Positions 8,866 to 21,335 of a stretch of DNA of 64,000 bases are shown here, in pieces; positions within the stretch are counted from its first letter, which is position 1; each line of letters begins with the position of its first letter. Source of the DNA: an uncultured Caldilinea sp. (lineage in GTDB: Bacteria > Chloroflexota > Anaerolineae > Caldilineales > Caldilineaceae). The position numbers were made by a program, and so were the translations under genes. The notes below the pieces were generated by a model, which saw only the letters and a list, made by a program, of their open reading frames with translations, was not told the DNA's origin and did no database searches. The DNA is taken from the NCBI GenBank assembly GCA_964392295.1, contig CAYMQA010000020.1, positions 13,372 to 77,371 on the forward strand. Direction: 5' to 3'.

Positions 8866-9858
8866 TTACAACAGAGGCGCACTTTCTGGGTTCAAACTGG
8901 CGGCAGGCTGGGTATGTTTACCTACGATTTCGCTGATCACGGACACCGTATGGTCGAGGTAGGAAACCCCATTGGGTAAAAGACTCTTGATATCCAGATA
9001 GCCGCCCGTACTGGTATGGCACATGGGGCCAATGTTGAGCAAGGTGATCAATTCCTGGCGGCGCGCCCGATTCCACTCTGAGGCGGCAAAGATCGGCCAA
9101 CGCCCTGGGGCAACCAAACCGAGTTTTTGTGGCCAATCTTGCGTGCCATAGATATGATACATATGATCAACGGCTAACAGCCCTGGATCGCTACTGAAAA
9201 TACCGCCCAGCGAAATAACATAAATCGGCGCGTCAATCAACTCACGCAAATAGGTTACTGCCCCCACCGCCATCTGGCCTGCCCCACTATAGCCAACAAT
9301 AAAGACCGGTGTTTTACTATTGACATCATAATTGTAGCGCAGCAAACCATGCAGCAGCACCTCGGCCATTGCCTGATTGTAGATGGGGCTATACCGTCGA
9401 TCGGCTGAGATCAAGACCTGTAAAACGTTGCGGATGTTGATCAGATTGCCGGCCAATTTGGGGCCATCGATCTTACGTCGTAATGCCCAACGCCAAAGGC
9501 GCGCAAAGACCGGCTGACCGGTGAGCGCCAGGTTATTCACCGAGTAGGGAAAAATGTCGTCAATAATGACCGCACCGGGCAACGCCACTGCCAGCCGCTG
9601 GAGAAATCCCTGTTCGCGCCGGCTGAATGTTTCGCCCGAGACGCGGCCAATGCCTGAAAGAAAAAGAATATAGCCGCGCGAACTTTCATGTATGGCGCGC
9701 ACAAATCCGTCCGAGGGGAGATCATCTACATAGATTTTTTCGCCAAACCAGCCTGCCCACCAGCCCAGGGTTTCAAAAGGCGAAAGTGCCGCCCAAACGA
9801 GTAAACCAATGAGTACAATGCCAAGGTAGGTGGCGAGGTCGCCTAAAGTTTCAAGCAC
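8866..9858 (-). CDS. membrane-anchored alpha/beta-hydrolase-like protein (hypothetical)
   Basis: 330 aa with an N-terminal TM segment and a nucleophile-elbow-like GYSGAG motif. It overlaps the upstream gene by 8 nt. Confidence 0.55.
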   Translation of the reverse strand: MLETLGDLATYLGIVLIGLLVWAALSPFETLGWWAGWFGEKIYVDDLPSDGFVRAIHESSRGYILFLSGIGRVSGETFSRREQGFLQRLAVALPGAVIIDDIFPYSVNNLALTGQPVFARLWRWALRRKIDGPKLAGNLINIRNVLQVLISADRRYSPIYNQAMAEVLLHGLLRYNYDVNSKTPVFIVGYSGAGQMAVGAVTYLRELIDAPIYVISLGGIFSSDPGLLAVDHMYHIYGTQDWPQKLGLVAPGRWPIFAASEWNRARRQELITLLNIGPMCHTSTGGYLDIKSLLPNGVSYLDHTVSVISEIVGKHTQPAASLNPESAPLL

Positions 9859-10585
9859 GCGGCTGCTCCCGCTTAAACAATTTATTCACATTTCCCGGCA
9901 ATTCGCGCTGTCTCATGCGCATCCGCCAATTGTCAAGATTTTCGGGCCAGGCGGGATGACGGCGCAAAAGTGACAGATCAGAGAGGGTAAACTCCATGGG
10001 TACGCCAGTCGCGCGCCGTTGCAGCCAGCGCCCCAGGGCATAGATAGGGCGCCCAATCGTGCGGCGCCAGATTTGAATAAAAACCCACCCTAGCCCACTG
10101 GCCAGCAAAGCTTGCCACAATTCTAGCGTCAACCCAATATGCACTGCCATTACAATCGCTACCATGCTCCACAAAGAAAGGAGAATGGAAAATGGATTAC
10201 CCAGAAAAGGGGTTAACTCAAAGAAGGCCAGGATCTGCGGCGCATAGGCCAGCCCGACCACACAGGCGATTGCCGTCAGTGAGACACTTTGGCCAAAAAG
10301 ATAGACGCCGACCCCCCAAACGATCACAGTCCAAAGCAGATAACCGACCAAATGGCTAGCAGCTGTGATCATTAGCGCAAGCATAAAGCGCCGTGGCCGC
10401 ACACGGTTGATAAAAAGGATGACACTCTGGCCTAGCGATTCTGATAAACCGGCCAAGCTCACAATGATCAGCGCAATGCCCAGCCCCCCAGGCACGCGTT
10501 GAATATCGGCGAAGACATTTTGATCAAGGCGCATGGCCTGCTGAATGGTCTGCCAAAGGGAAGGCATCCCTGTAAATTCTACCAT
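9851..10585 (-). CDS. Yip1-domain-like polytopic membrane protein
   Basis: 244 aa with about 5 TM helices after a short soluble N-terminus, which is the Yip1-family layout. It is translationally coupled to the hydrolase-like gene. Confidence 0.55.
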   Translation of the reverse strand: MVEFTGMPSLWQTIQQAMRLDQNVFADIQRVPGGLGIALIIVSLAGLSESLGQSVILFINRVRPRRFMLALMITAASHLVGYLLWTVIVWGVGVYLFGQSVSLTAIACVVGLAYAPQILAFFELTPFLGNPFSILLSLWSMVAIVMAVHIGLTLELWQALLASGLGWVFIQIWRRTIGRPIYALGRWLQRRATGVPMEFTLSDLSLLRRHPAWPENLDNWRMRMRQRELPGNVNKLFKREQPRA

Positions 10586-10903
10586 TTTGTGACAAACTCC
10601 GGTCTTTTCTCAACATGAGTGTATGATAACGCATGGGCAAAGATGCCGGATTGTGCACTCTTTGACATATCCAAGTTGCTTTCTTCATCGGAAGGCAACC
10701 TGCCCTCAAGCCAATAAATTTAGGTGATGAAGGAATGGCACTCTCCACCCCCAATTATATACGATTTATGCGGTTGATACGAATCGCCACCTGACAGGTA
10801 GACTCTTCTAACTTAATGCCCAAATATTATGGGATATGGGGGGGCGAAGAAGGCATACCTAAAACTGCGCAAGTATCAAATATATCATAATCACCTTGGG
10901 ACA

Positions 10904-10932
10904 TTGCAAAAATTTTGTTGTGTGGGTATACT
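10904..10932 (+). promoter_or_regulatory. candidate sigma70-type promoter for the CapA-like gene
   Basis: TTGCAA (10904-10909), a 17-nt spacer, then TATACT (10927-10932), about 45 nt upstream of the start codon. Confidence 0.3.
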
Positions 10933-10975
10933 GTCCAAGGCGTAAGCAAAAATTCATGTCTACATCCAGTGACTT

Positions 10976-12760
10976 ATGATGCAATTTAAAGAGATCCCAC
11001 ATCGTACTGCCATTTTATTGAGTGCCTTGATGATCCTGATTGGCGGGGGGCTATTGGTTTGGCTGCTGCTGAATCTGCCCAATACCGATGGTAATACACG
11101 TGCTGCGTTGGCCTCGGGCAATGGTGTGAGCACAGATGCGACTGTCTTGCCGGATGGGGAGACACAAGCTACAACTGCACTGTCGGCAACGGTTGCCAGC
11201 CCGTCGGTCACAACGACGACGATTGTGCTTGGCTTGGTGCCTGGATTGCCGGCAGAACTTGTCCAGCTTGCCAACTCCCCAGCTCTGTCACAAAGCAATG
11301 TGCTGACGGCGCTGATCGATGGCGCTGTTACTGATCCCGCTATCACCTTACGTTTTGACTATACAGGTGAAAGCAGTGAGGCGCTCTACACCTATACCTT
11401 TGCCGCCGCTACCCGTTTTGATACGATCAACACAGACTTAACCTGGTCGGATATTAAGGATGCTTGGCTAGGCAAAAGCGAGCGTTTTTCTGCCGTAGCC
11501 GTGCTGACCGATACGTTGCCCGCGTTGAATCAAGTGTTGGGGACAGCCAGTGATTCTGTCGTGGGTTATGCCACGGCGCCCGAGGTGGTCGAGACTGCAT
11601 GGGCTGACCTGCCAGCTGTTGCGCCTGTCCTGGTCTTGTTGCCCTTTGAACTACTTGAGCCCAGATTAGCTGTCTTTACGGTTGATGGGCAGACCCCCGT
11701 GGAAAACGCAAACAACTTTGACCCTGCTACCTATCCGTTGGTGGCGACGGTGTATGCCCAAGATTTGTCCAAGACGGCCACAGAACATGCGGCTGTGGAA
11801 GCATTGCTCACGGCGTTGCCCACGGGCAATCGCGATGCCGATCGGCTCACGGTGGTCGCCATGACCGGCGTCACAGCGATGGTGCGGCTGACAGCGGATC
11901 AGATGGATCAACGCGGCGTTGATTGGTTGGCAGAAGTGGTGGGCCCAGAATTGGCCTCGGCAGATATTACGGTGATCAGCAATGAGGTACCCTTTGTGCC
12001 CGAGTGTGAGACCAATACGAGTATGGATAATCTCACCTTTTGCAGCAAGCCAGCGTATATGGCTGCGCTCACGGCATCGGGGGTCGATATTATTGGTCTG
12101 ACAGGCAACCATCAAAATGATTACGGGCGGGAAGACGCTGTGACCTCCTTAGATATTTATGCCGAAGCTAAATTGCCTGTCTATGGTGGTGGGCGCAATA
12201 AAGAGGAAGCATTTGCGCCATTCTATATGGTGCATAATGGCAACCGACTTGCCTTTTTAGGCGCAAATAGTTATGGCCCTAAATTTGCCTGGGCAACCGA
12301 TACCCAGCCCGGCAGCGCCGAATTTGATCTGAATATCATGTCCGCTACCATCCGTAACATTGGGCAACTGGATCGGGCCGATGTGATTTTGGCCGAGCTT
12401 CAATATCAAGAAAGTTATGATGTGGTGCCACTCTTTGACCAACGTCAAAACTTTACTGCGCTGGTACGCGCGGGTGCGGATATTGTGACTGGTGTGCAAA
12501 GTCATGTCCCCCAAGCCATGGAATTTACTGATGGTAAACTTGTGCTCTATGGGTTGGGCAATCTTTTCTTTGACCAGATGTGGAGCCAAACGACGCGCGA
12601 AGGGATGATTGTGAAACATACGATCTATGATCATCGCCACATTAGCACACAAGTGTTTACCACGTTGCTCTATGACTATGGCCAACCCCGTTGGACTACC
12701 CCCGAAGAGCGGGAAAGTATCCTGACGCGCGTCTATGGCGCTAGTTATTGGGGAAATTAA
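10976..12760 (+). CDS. CapA/PgsA-family (poly-gamma-glutamate capsule synthesis-like) metallophosphatase-fold protein with an N-terminal TM anchor
   Basis: 594 aa with a TM helix at the N-terminus. The C-terminal half carries CapA-type motifs (VVAMTGVT..., [21 protein letters not shown]). Confidence 0.72.
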   Translation: MMQFKEIPHRTAILLSALMILIGGGLLVWLLLNLPNTDGNTRAALASGNGVSTDATVLPDGETQATTALSATVASPSVTTTTIVLGLVPGLPAELVQLANSPALSQSNVLTALIDGAVTDPAITLRFDYTGESSEALYTYTFAAATRFDTINTDLTWSDIKDAWLGKSERFSAVAVLTDTLPALNQVLGTASDSVVGYATAPEVVETAWADLPAVAPVLVLLPFELLEPRLAVFTVDGQTPVENANNFDPATYPLVATVYAQDLSKTATEHAAVEALLTALPTGNRDADRLTVVAMTGVTAMVRLTADQMDQRGVDWLAEVVGPELASADITVISNEVPFVPECETNTSMDNLTFCSKPAYMAALTASGVDIIGLTGNHQNDYGREDAVTSLDIYAEAKLPVYGGGRNKEEAFAPFYMVHNGNRLAFLGANSYGPKFAWATDTQPGSAEFDLNIMSATIRNIGQLDRADVILAELQYQESYDVVPLFDQRQNFTALVRAGADIVTGVQSHVPQAMEFTDGKLVLYGLGNLFFDQMWSQTTREGMIVKHTIYDHRHISTQVFTTLLYDYGQPRWTTPEERESILTRVYGASYWGN

Positions 12761-12994
12761 GCAGCAACTTGCCGTAAACTTGGTATACACACGGCAAACC
12801 CGTTACTTGCTCCCTGTGTGCAGATCGCGTATACTGATACGACTTATATTATAGCAGAATCGCATGTTAGATATGTACAGATAGATGTACAGTCGCATTA
12901 ATCTGTTTCTAATTTTCTCATCAGCCATTTATTATAAACGTCTGTTTGAGTAATCGGTGATAGAAGATTTCTATTCGATCTTGATTTTTGAGCA

Positions 12995-13720
12995 ATGACA
13001 CGAGGAAATGAAATGTCTGTTACTGCACGTCCTAAACGCAAGATTAGCCAGCCGGGCAGCAAGCGGAGTGGTTCAACTCTGTGGATCTGGTTGGTAGGTG
13101 GCGGAATTCTCTTTGTAATTCTCATCTACGTTGCGATCCGCCTGAACAATCCACAGCCGGTTGGCACGCTCACCCAGCCAGATGTCCCTGCCGAGTGGAT
13201 TGATCGCACCTCTTTGGGTAATCCTGATGCGACTATTGTGGTAGATGCGTATGAAGATTTTCTCTGTTCTCACTGTTTAGAATGGACCACAAACATCAAA
13301 CCGCAATTAATGGAAAATTACATTAAACCCGGAACAGTCCGCTTTGTCTATCGACCTTTTCCCTTGAGTGGTTTTTTGCCGGGGTCAAATATGGCCGCAT
13401 TGGCCAGTCAGTGCGCCGCTGACCAAGCAGCATTCTGGCCCTACCATGATCGATTGTTCTCTGCCCAACGCAACGGGCAACCTGCTTTTACTTTTGATAG
13501 TTTGGTGGGTTATTCTACAGAACTTGGCATGGATGAAAGCGCATTTAGAAGCTGCATGACCAGTTTGAAATATCAGGCCGACATTGATGCGTCGATCCAG
13601 GCCGGTGTGAGCCAGGGTGTTCAGGGAACGCCGGCCATCTATGTCAATGGTCAGCCGGTAGCCAGTGACTACGCCTCGCTAAAGGCTGAGATCGATCGGC
13701 TGCTGGCCGCTGGCGGCTAA
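12995..13720 (+). CDS. DsbA-like thioredoxin-fold thiol:disulfide oxidoreductase, membrane-anchored
   Basis: 241 aa with an N-terminal TM segment, a CxxC active site (FLCSHCLEW) and the C-terminal GTPAIYVNG motif typical of the DsbA/Thioredoxin_4 family. Confidence 0.78.
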   Translation: MTRGNEMSVTARPKRKISQPGSKRSGSTLWIWLVGGGILFVILIYVAIRLNNPQPVGTLTQPDVPAEWIDRTSLGNPDATIVVDAYEDFLCSHCLEWTTNIKPQLMENYIKPGTVRFVYRPFPLSGFLPGSNMAALASQCAADQAAFWPYHDRLFSAQRNGQPAFTFDSLVGYSTELGMDESAFRSCMTSLKYQADIDASIQAGVSQGVQGTPAIYVNGQPVASDYASLKAEIDRLLAAGG

Positions 13721-13746
13721 GGGTGTTGGGTAACGAATAGACAGAT

Positions 13747-13792
13747 AAAGCGGTAGACGGATATATTTAGTGATATATCCGTCTACCGCTTT
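13747..13792 (+). terminator. long perfect hairpin between the dsbA-like and dsbB-like genes
   Basis: AAAGCGGTAGACGGATATAT-ttagtg-ATATATCCGTCTACCGCTTT: a 20-bp perfect stem followed by TTAT. Confidence 0.5.
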
Positions 13793-13818
13793 ATGTAGCG
13801 CTGCATGGCTGGAAAATT

Positions 13819-14711
<893 letters not shown>

Positions 14712-14712
<1 letters not shown>

Positions 14713-15623
14713 TGGAGAGTTCTTTTGGAGATGGAGAAGTTCAGGAAATGACCAGTCGCCTTTTCTTGTTAAAATGGACTGGCCAGCCACATGTGCGCTA
14801 TTGGGGGCTGTCAGTCTTTGCCATGGTTGTCAGCGCACTCCTGTTATTTTTGTTGTTGCCGCTGCAGATACAAGCGCAGTCTGGCATTACATCACCAGCC
14901 ACGGGCAGCGCTATTTCTGGTGATGTCGCGATTTTTGGCACCGCTGTGATCGATCCGTTTCAAAAATATGAGTTGCACTACAAGCCCGAACCCACTGGTG
15001 ATGATGCCTTTATTTATTTTGACGGCAATACAACGCAAGTGACGAATGGTCAGTTGGGGACTTGGCGCGCGGCGGCCCTCCCCCCGGGTATCTATAGCAT
15101 CCGTCTACGGGTGGTGAAGGCCGACGGTAACTATGCCGAATTTTTTGCGCGCGATTTAACGGTGAATCAAGGCAATGCCCCAACACCCACCTCAGCCATC
15201 ACGACAACGGTAATACTGACTTCCAGTGTGCCAACGGAAACACCCATCCCCACCCTGACCTTCACCCCCGCGCCACAGCCAACCCCGGTTGTCGGCCAGG
15301 TGACACAACCACAAGTGGAAGGCAGTTTGCCTACACCCACCCTGACGCCGCTGGCGATTGGCACAGTTGTCACCACTTCTTTAGGCATCAGTGAGGCCAT
15401 GACGACCGGGGATACTGCGGCGCTTTTTGGTACACCGCAATCGGGTACCCCCCAGGCTCCAACGTCGAGCTTTACGCGCGAGTTGGGCGAGACTGTGGCG
15501 TTAGATCGTCTGCGCAGCTTCTTTTTCTCTGGTATGAGGCTTAGTGCAACACTCATTCTGGGTGGTGTTGTTCTCTTGTTGGGCAAGCGACTTTTTGGCT
15601 GGGTCTGGACACAATATCGCTGA
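14712..15623 (+). CDS. secreted, C-terminally membrane-anchored protein with a Pro/Thr-rich linker (hypothetical)
   Basis: 303 aa with a signal/TM segment, a beta-rich domain, a T/P-rich low-complexity linker and a C-terminal TM helix. The start overlaps the preceding stop (TAATG); an alternative start is at 14748. Confidence 0.6.
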
Positions 15624-15657
15624 CCAAGGACAGTTACGCTTAACGATACGCACCGGC

Positions 15658-15704
15658 GCCCTCAAGTCCCATTTTCTCAGGTGCAACTAGGGGACTTGAG
15701 GGGC
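15658..15704 (+). terminator. 13-bp GC-rich hairpin downstream of the 303-aa gene
   Basis: GCCCTCAAGTCCC - 20-nt loop - GGGACTTGAGGGC. There is no clear U-tract. Confidence 0.4.
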
Positions 15705-15783
15705 TACCGTGCCGTATACTAAACGAACCATTGACTTTTTAATGGTTTATCGATCATCTACCAGGGCCGCAAGTTGATTGTCC

Positions 15784-16365
15784 ATGACAAATCTTAAATT
15801 CATCGTGGGGTTAGGCAATCCCGGTCCCCAATATCAGACCAACCGGCATAATATCGGTTTTCAGAGTGTAGAACTTTTTGGCCAGCGCCACCGTATTGCG
15901 TTAAACAAAATGCAGCATCGGGCGATGACAGGTGATGGCTGGGTTGAAAAAGATGGACAACGTCAGCGTGTCTTGTTGATCAAACCGCTGACCTATATGA
16001 ATGCCAGCGGGCAGGCCATCGCCCCGATCTTGCGCTTCTATAAAGGTACGGTCGAGGATCTGATCGTGATTCACGATGATATTGATCTGGCGCAAGGCAA
16101 GCTGCGGTTACGTCAGGGGGGCAGCTCTGGCGGTCAGAATGGGATTAAGTCCATGATTGAGCAGTTGGGCAGTCCCGAGTTTGCCCGCGTGAAAGTTGGT
16201 GTGGGGCGTCCACCAGGTAAGATGGACCCTGCCGCTTTTGTGTTGCAGAATTTTACTGCTGCTGAAGAAGAAATTTTTGGCCCGCTGCGCACAAAGATTT
16301 GTGATGCGTTGGTGTGTTGGCTCTTCGAAGGATTGGAAGTAGCCATGAATCGATTTAACGGCTGA
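15784..16365 (+). CDS. pth: peptidyl-tRNA hydrolase
   Basis: [21 protein letters not shown] signature. ATG at 15784 is preferred over the tracked TTG at 15778. Confidence 0.92.
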   Translation: MTNLKFIVGLGNPGPQYQTNRHNIGFQSVELFGQRHRIALNKMQHRAMTGDGWVEKDGQRQRVLLIKPLTYMNASGQAIAPILRFYKGTVEDLIVIHDDIDLAQGKLRLRQGGSSGGQNGIKSMIEQLGSPEFARVKVGVGRPPGKMDPAAFVLQNFTAAEEEIFGPLRTKICDALVCWLFEGLEVAMNRFNG

Positions 16366-19300
16366 TGAACCTTTCTGGCCTTGTCAAAATGCTTAAACAG
16401 CTACCGGCTTATGGCGAGTTGGTGGCGCAAATGGACAGCACGCCTCAGTCGTTGCTGCAAGCGGCGCGCCCATTTGTCGTGGCTGGTCTAAAAAGTGACC
16501 GGCCCGGCGCACTGGTTTTGCTGACTGCGCGCAGCGAAATGGCGCAACAATTGGCTGCCCAAATGGAAATCTGGTTGCCCCCGGTGGCCGAGGGTGGCCC
16601 GCCCGTCTATCTCTTTGCCGAACCTGACGCCTTGCCCTACGAGCGCATTGCTTGGAGCGGGTATACGCGCCAGCAACGTTTGACCGCGCTGGCGGCACTG
16701 CAAAGTCGTACGGGCACTAGACCGGTGGTCATTGCCAGTGCCCGCGCGTTGATGCAGAAGACCTTGCCCGCGCGCGAACTGCGCCTTGCCCTGCGTCCGC
16801 TCAAGGTGGGGGGCATTGTCCGATTGGAACAGATGACAACCAACTGGGCACAAACCGGGTATAATCCAGCCGAGACGGTCGAAGAGCCAGGCGCCTTTGC
16901 ACGACGTGGTGGTGTCATTGATATCTGGCCCCCTAATCTGCCACAGCCTGTGCGCATCGATCTCTTTGGCGACGAAGTGGACAGCCTGCGCCTCTTTGAT
17001 CCCACCACACAACGTTCCCAGCAACATATTCAAAACATTGAGATCGGCCCTGGCAGCGAAGCGTTGAGTAAATACGGTCCGGCCGCACTAGAACGGCTGG
17101 GGGTCAAAGGTGGTAACTTGAGTGCGCCCGAAAATGTGGGCAGCGATCCGGCGCACTCTCCCCTGTTCGATCCGAATCTGTTGCTTGTCGTGCGCGAAGA
17201 GTTGCGGTTACAGGTAGAATATTTAAATCAGGGCAATAGCTTTCACGGCATTGAGTGGTATCTGCCCTATTTCTATGATCAGCCGGCCTCGTTGCTCGAT
17301 TACTTGGATGCCGAAGCTACGCTGGTGGTTGACGACGCGCTCGATTTTTTTGCCACCGTCCGTGAACTTGAACATCAAGCGAGCAGCTTGCGCGAGGAGT
17401 TATTGCGCGCTGGCGAATTACCAGGTACCTTCGCCCCCAGCTATTTTACGGCGGATGAGTTACGCAATGCCTTGCTGGCCCAAAAGCCATTGCTGTTGGG
17501 CTACGGTGATCTCTATGGCAAGAGTAGCAGTGCCAATACTACGCTGGCACGCAGCTTTGCACCTGGTCCACGCTATGGCGGCAAAACCAAACCAATTGCG
17601 GCGGATATTGTCAAAGCGCGTGAGCAAGGCGATCTGACATTGTTGGTCACACGGCAGGCTGCGCGGTTGCAAGAACTGTTGCGCGAAAATGCGATGGCGG
17701 CTCATGTACAAAGCGATCTGCGCCAGCCACCCAATCAATCTGTGACACTGGTGCAAGGCGTCATGGGTGAAGGCTTTGTGATGAAGGGGCTAGCAGCGAG
17801 CGCTGAATCAACTGCCGCCGATTCCGCCGCCAACAATCTCCATTTTTACACCGATACCGAACTTTTTGGCTGGAGCAAGCCCCAAGCGCGCCATCGCAGC
17901 CACAAGCAAAGCCGCGTGGCCCCCGAAGTTTTCTTTTCGGATGTAAAAGCGGGCGACTTTGTCGTGCATCTGGAGCACGGCATTGGGCAGTATGAGGGTC
18001 TGGTGAAGTTGAAATTGGATGGCGTTGAACGCGAATATCTCCAAGTCAGCTATGCGCGGAGTGATAAACTTTACGTACCCGTGCATCAAGCGGATCGCCT
18101 GAGCCGGTATGTGGGTGCTGGCGAAAAGACCCCCATGATCACGCGTTTAGGCACGGCCGATTGGCAGACAGTTAAGGAGCGCGCCAAGCGCGCCGTAGCC
18201 GATATTGCCGATGATCTGCTCAAGCTCTATGCCGAACGCGAAATGGCGGTTGGCCATGTCTACAGCCCCGACAATCCCTGGCTAGAGGAGATGGAAGCCA
18301 GCTTTCCTTATGAAGAGACAATGGATCAGTTGCAAGCCATTGAGGCCGTCAAGCAGGATATGGAATCCACGCGCCCGATGGACCGTCTGATCTGTGGTGA
18401 TGTTGGCTATGGCAAGACGGAAGTGGCGATTCGCGCTGCCTTCAAAGCGATTCTCGATGGCAAACAGGTGGCGATGCTTGTGCCAACGACGGTGCTGGCG
18501 CAGCAACACTACCGCACCATCAGCCAGCGATTGAGCAAGTTCCCCGTGCGCGTGGAAATGCTCAGTCGCTTTCGTACCCCAGCCCAGCAGCAAAGAATTC
18601 TACAGGGGTTGCGTGAGGGGGCAATTGACTTTGTCGTGGGCACCCACCGTCTGCTCAGTGATGATACAGAATTCAAAGATCTTGGCGTCATCATTATTGA
18701 TGAAGAGCAGCGTTTTGGCGTGTCACACAAGGAAAAATTTAAACAACTGCGCACCAAATTAGATGTGCTCACCCTGAGCGCCACACCCATTCCACGCACC
18801 TTGCACATGAGCCTGAGTGGCATTCGCGACATGAGTACAATCAACACGCCGCCCAAAGAACGCCTGCCCATCCATACGGTACTTTCTGAATTTGACGAAA
18901 CCCTGGTGCGGCAGGCGATTCAGCGCGAGATCGACCGCAAGGGGCAGGTTTTTGTCGTCAATGACAAGATCCGGGGTCTGCAATATCTGGCCGACCGTAT
19001 TCAGCATCTTGTGCCTACGGCGCGCATTATTCTGGCCCACGGCCAAATGCCCGAACGTGAGTTGGAAGACGCCATGCTCGCCTTTAGTGAGGGTGAGTAT
19101 GATGTGCTGGTTGCCACTACCATCATTGAAAATGGGCTAGATATTCCTAACGCCAACACGATCATTATCAACCGCGCCGATCATTTTGGCCTTGCCCAGC
19201 TCTATCAATTGCGTGGCCGCGTCGGTCGCAGTGCGCAACGGGGTCACTGTTATCTGCTCTATGAGAAACACATGGCCCTCAGTTATGATGCGCGCCGCCG

Positions 19301-20138
19301 TCTCTCGGCGATTATGGAAAGCAGCGAAGAGCTAGGGGCAGGCTTCCGCATTGCCATGCGCGATCTGGAGATTCGCGGTGCTGGTGAATTGCTCGGCGCG
19401 CGTCAACATGGCAACATTGATAGTGTCGGTTTTGATCTTTACACCCGCCTCCTAGCCCAGGCGATCAACGAGGCCAAACACAAAAAGGCCCGCTTTGACA
19501 AGGCCATGCAGCATGGTGAGGGGCAAGCCGCGGCAACCGGCGCACAAGCGGAAATGCGGCTAGACGGTGCCGCTATAGCCACCCCTGAGCTGCCTGCGGG
19601 TCAGTCGTTTAATGAAGTGCCAGATACGCCGTTCGATTTGGACGATCCACTCGCACCGCCCGTACAGCTCGATTTGCCGTTGGATGCCCAGATTCCACAA
19701 ACCTACATTGCCGATGATGGCTTGCGTCTGCAACTCTATCGGCGGATTGCCGGTGTGACCCATCTGGAGACACTAGATGAAATGCGCCAGGAGTTGATTG
19801 ATCGCTTTGGTAAGGATGAGGAAACGGGCACTGTGCCCGAAGAAATAGAAAATCTGCTCTTCCAGATCAAGGTCAAGATTCTCGCCCTGAAAGCCAATGT
19901 TGTGCGCATCGGGCGCGAGTTGGATCAACTGGTGTTGCGCAGCGAAGCGCTGGAAAACATGAATCGGCCCGCCATGCAGCGGCGCATTCGTCTGGGGCTG
20001 GGGCAGATTGACGACGACAGTATCGATCCTGAGCAATCGGCGCGTGTGGCGCGCCGTGCAATTTATCTGCCCGTCGATGACGAAGGCAGTTGGAAAATTG
20101 CCCTCGTCCGCACGCTGGAGATTATGGCCTATAGCTAG
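16365..20138 (+). CDS. mfd: transcription-repair coupling factor
   Basis: 1257 aa with SF2 helicase motifs [11 protein letters not shown] and DEEQRFGV and the conserved pth-mfd neighbourhood. The start overlaps the pth stop (TGATG). Confidence 0.95.
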   Translation: MNLSGLVKMLKQLPAYGELVAQMDSTPQSLLQAARPFVVAGLKSDRPGALVLLTARSEMAQQLAAQMEIWLPPVAEGGPPVYLFAEPDALPYERIAWSGYTRQQRLTALAALQSRTGTRPVVIASARALMQKTLPARELRLALRPLKVGGIVRLEQMTTNWAQTGYNPAETVEEPGAFARRGGVIDIWPPNLPQPVRIDLFGDEVDSLRLFDPTTQRSQQHIQNIEIGPGSEALSKYGPAALERLGVKGGNLSAPENVGSDPAHSPLFDPNLLLVVREELRLQVEYLNQGNSFHGIEWYLPYFYDQPASLLDYLDAEATLVVDDALDFFATVRELEHQASSLREELLRAGELPGTFAPSYFTADELRNALLAQKPLLLGYGDLYGKSSSANTTLARSFAPGPRYGGKTKPIAADIVKAREQGDLTLLVTRQAARLQELLRENAMAAHVQSDLRQPPNQSVTLVQGVMGEGFVMKGLAASAESTAADSAANNLHFYTDTELFGWSKPQARHRSHKQSRVAPEVFFSDVKAGDFVVHLEHGIGQYEGLVKLKLDGVEREYLQVSYARSDKLYVPVHQADRLSRYVGAGEKTPMITRLGTADWQTVKERAKRAVADIADDLLKLYAEREMAVGHVYSPDNPWLEEMEASFPYEETMDQLQAIEAVKQDMESTRPMDRLICGDVGYGKTEVAIRAAFKAILDGKQVAMLVPTTVLAQQHYRTISQRLSKFPVRVEMLSRFRTPAQQQRILQGLREGAIDFVVGTHRLLSDDTEFKDLGVIIIDEEQRFGVSHKEKFKQLRTKLDVLTLSATPIPRTLHMSLSGIRDMSTINTPPKERLPIHTVLSEFDETLVRQAIQREIDRKGQVFVVNDKIRGLQYLADRIQHLVPTARIILAHGQMPERELEDAMLAFSEGEYDVLVATTIIENGLDIPNANTIIINRADHFGLAQLYQLRGRVGRSAQRGHCYLLYEKHMALSYDARRRLSAIMESSEELGAGFRIAMRDLEIRGAGELLGARQHGNIDSVGFDLYTRLLAQAINEAKHKKARFDKAMQHGEGQAAATGAQAEMRLDGAAIATPELPAGQSFNEVPDTPFDLDDPLAPPVQLDLPLDAQIPQTYIADDGLRLQLYRRIAGVTHLETLDEMRQELIDRFGKDEETGTVPEEIENLLFQIKVKILALKANVVRIGRELDQLVLRSEALENMNRPAMQRRIRLGLGQIDDDSIDPEQSARVARRAIYLPVDDEGSWKIALVRTLEIMAYS

Positions 20139-20164
20139 CACAGCTTTTCCATAACTGATGGCAT

Positions 20165-20206
20165 AAACTATCCCACACTATCCCACATGAAGTTGTGGGA
20201 TAGTTT
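20165..20206. repeat. TATCCCACA repeat/hairpin at the convergent mfd / HMG-CoA synthase gene ends
   Basis: AAACTATCCCACA CTATCCCACA tgaagt TGTGGGATAG TTT: two direct copies plus one inverted copy. It belongs to the same family as 61079-61124. Confidence 0.7.
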
Positions 20207-20257
20207 AATAAATGGCAATGATCACGGGTGCTATTCCAGAATGCTACCCTAACAACC

Positions 20258-21310
20258 CTAGTGACTCGCCAATTTTCGCCGCATTCGCACATATTGTGCA
20301 TAGTCAATCTGGACGCGTCGGTTGATATAATCGCGCGTGGAAGGGGCGCGCCCTTTGCGTTCTGTAATACGCGCCGTAATGCGCAGATCAAATGCGTCGG
20401 AACCTGCGCCACTGCCATAGCTGACCATCAAGATCCGTTGATCTGGCGCGGCAATATCTAGTACTGCGGAGAGACCGATCATGGCCGAACCGGCATAGGT
20501 ATTGCCGATTTCGGGCACCAACAAACCTGTCTGCCATTGCGTCGACGTAAAGCCTAGATCCGCCAACGCGCGTGTTGGGAATTTGGGGTTGGGTTGGTGA
20601 AAAACCACATAGTCATAGTCGGTTGCTACGGTTTTCATTTCAGCCATCATTTGTTGCGCCGCCGGGATAACATGGCCAAAATAGCCTGGATCGCCACTAA
20701 AGCGTTCGGCGTGGCTCGGATAGTGGGTGCCAGGCCGCCGCCAAAAATCGTTGGTGTCGGAGACATAGCTGAGGGTGCGGTCAATGGTGGCCAGGGCTTG
20801 CTCTGCCGGTCCTAGGAGATAGGCCGCGCCGCCGGCCCCCGCCGTATATTCGAGTGCATCGCCAGGGCGTCCCTGCGCGGTGTCCATACCGATGCTCATC
20901 ACATAGTCGGCCATGCCACTGCCCACAAAGCCAATGCCCGCCTGCATGGCTTCGGTACCGGCCTTACAGGCAAATTGCCAATCCGCCGCCAGCACACCGG
21001 GTGTCGCGCCAATCGCCTCGGCCACGATCGCGCCTGTGGGCTTGACGGCGTAGGGATGGCTTTCACTGCCCACCCAGACCGCGCGAATCTGCTGGGGATC
21101 AATGCCCGCCCGCGCCAACGCATTGCGCGCTGCCTCAATGCTCATTGTGGCGGTATCTTCATCCGAGCCTGGCACCGATTTTTCGCGCACAGGGCTGCGG
21201 CTATTGCCTTCCGTCCAAACCCGACTGATCTCACTCCCTGGCAGCCGGTAGCGGGGCACATAGGCCCCATAGCCGACAATGCCGACGGGTCGAATTGGTT
21301 GATTTAACAT
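20258..21310 (-). CDS. hydroxymethylglutaryl-CoA synthase, short (archaeal-like, about 350 aa) type
   Basis: Thiolase-fold protein with VGIVGYGAYVPRYRL, VGSESHPYAVKPT and the catalytic Cys context (QFACKAGTEAM). It is adjacent to HMG-CoA reductase. Confidence 0.82.
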   Translation of the reverse strand: MLNQPIRPVGIVGYGAYVPRYRLPGSEISRVWTEGNSRSPVREKSVPGSDEDTATMSIEAARNALARAGIDPQQIRAVWVGSESHPYAVKPTGAIVAEAIGATPGVLAADWQFACKAGTEAMQAGIGFVGSGMADYVMSIGMDTAQGRPGDALEYTAGAGGAAYLLGPAEQALATIDRTLSYVSDTNDFWRRPGTHYPSHAERFSGDPGYFGHVIPAAQQMMAEMKTVATDYDYVVFHQPNPKFPTRALADLGFTSTQWQTGLLVPEIGNTYAGSAMIGLSAVLDIAAPDQRILMVSYGSGAGSDAFDLRITARITERKGRAPSTRDYINRRVQIDYAQYVRMRRKLASH

Positions 21311-21335
21311 GGTGTCTGTCCTGTTTTATCACTTG

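Noticed and set aside
16488-17033. Long antisense or out-of-frame ORFs inside large genes (for example 16488-17033, 49783-50328, 52976-53512, 53808-54341, 59524-60324, 37782-38468 and 34586-35101)
   Set aside because: These are shadow ORFs typical of GC-rich coding regions. They have Arg/Pro/Gly-rich low-complexity translations and no RBS, and they fully overlap genes with clear family signatures on the other strand or frame.
16365-20138. Unusually long Mfd (1257 aa) with a low-complexity insert near residues 1040-1100
   Set aside because: Linker insertions of this kind are common in Mfd from various phyla. Nothing in the sequence suggests a distinct domain.
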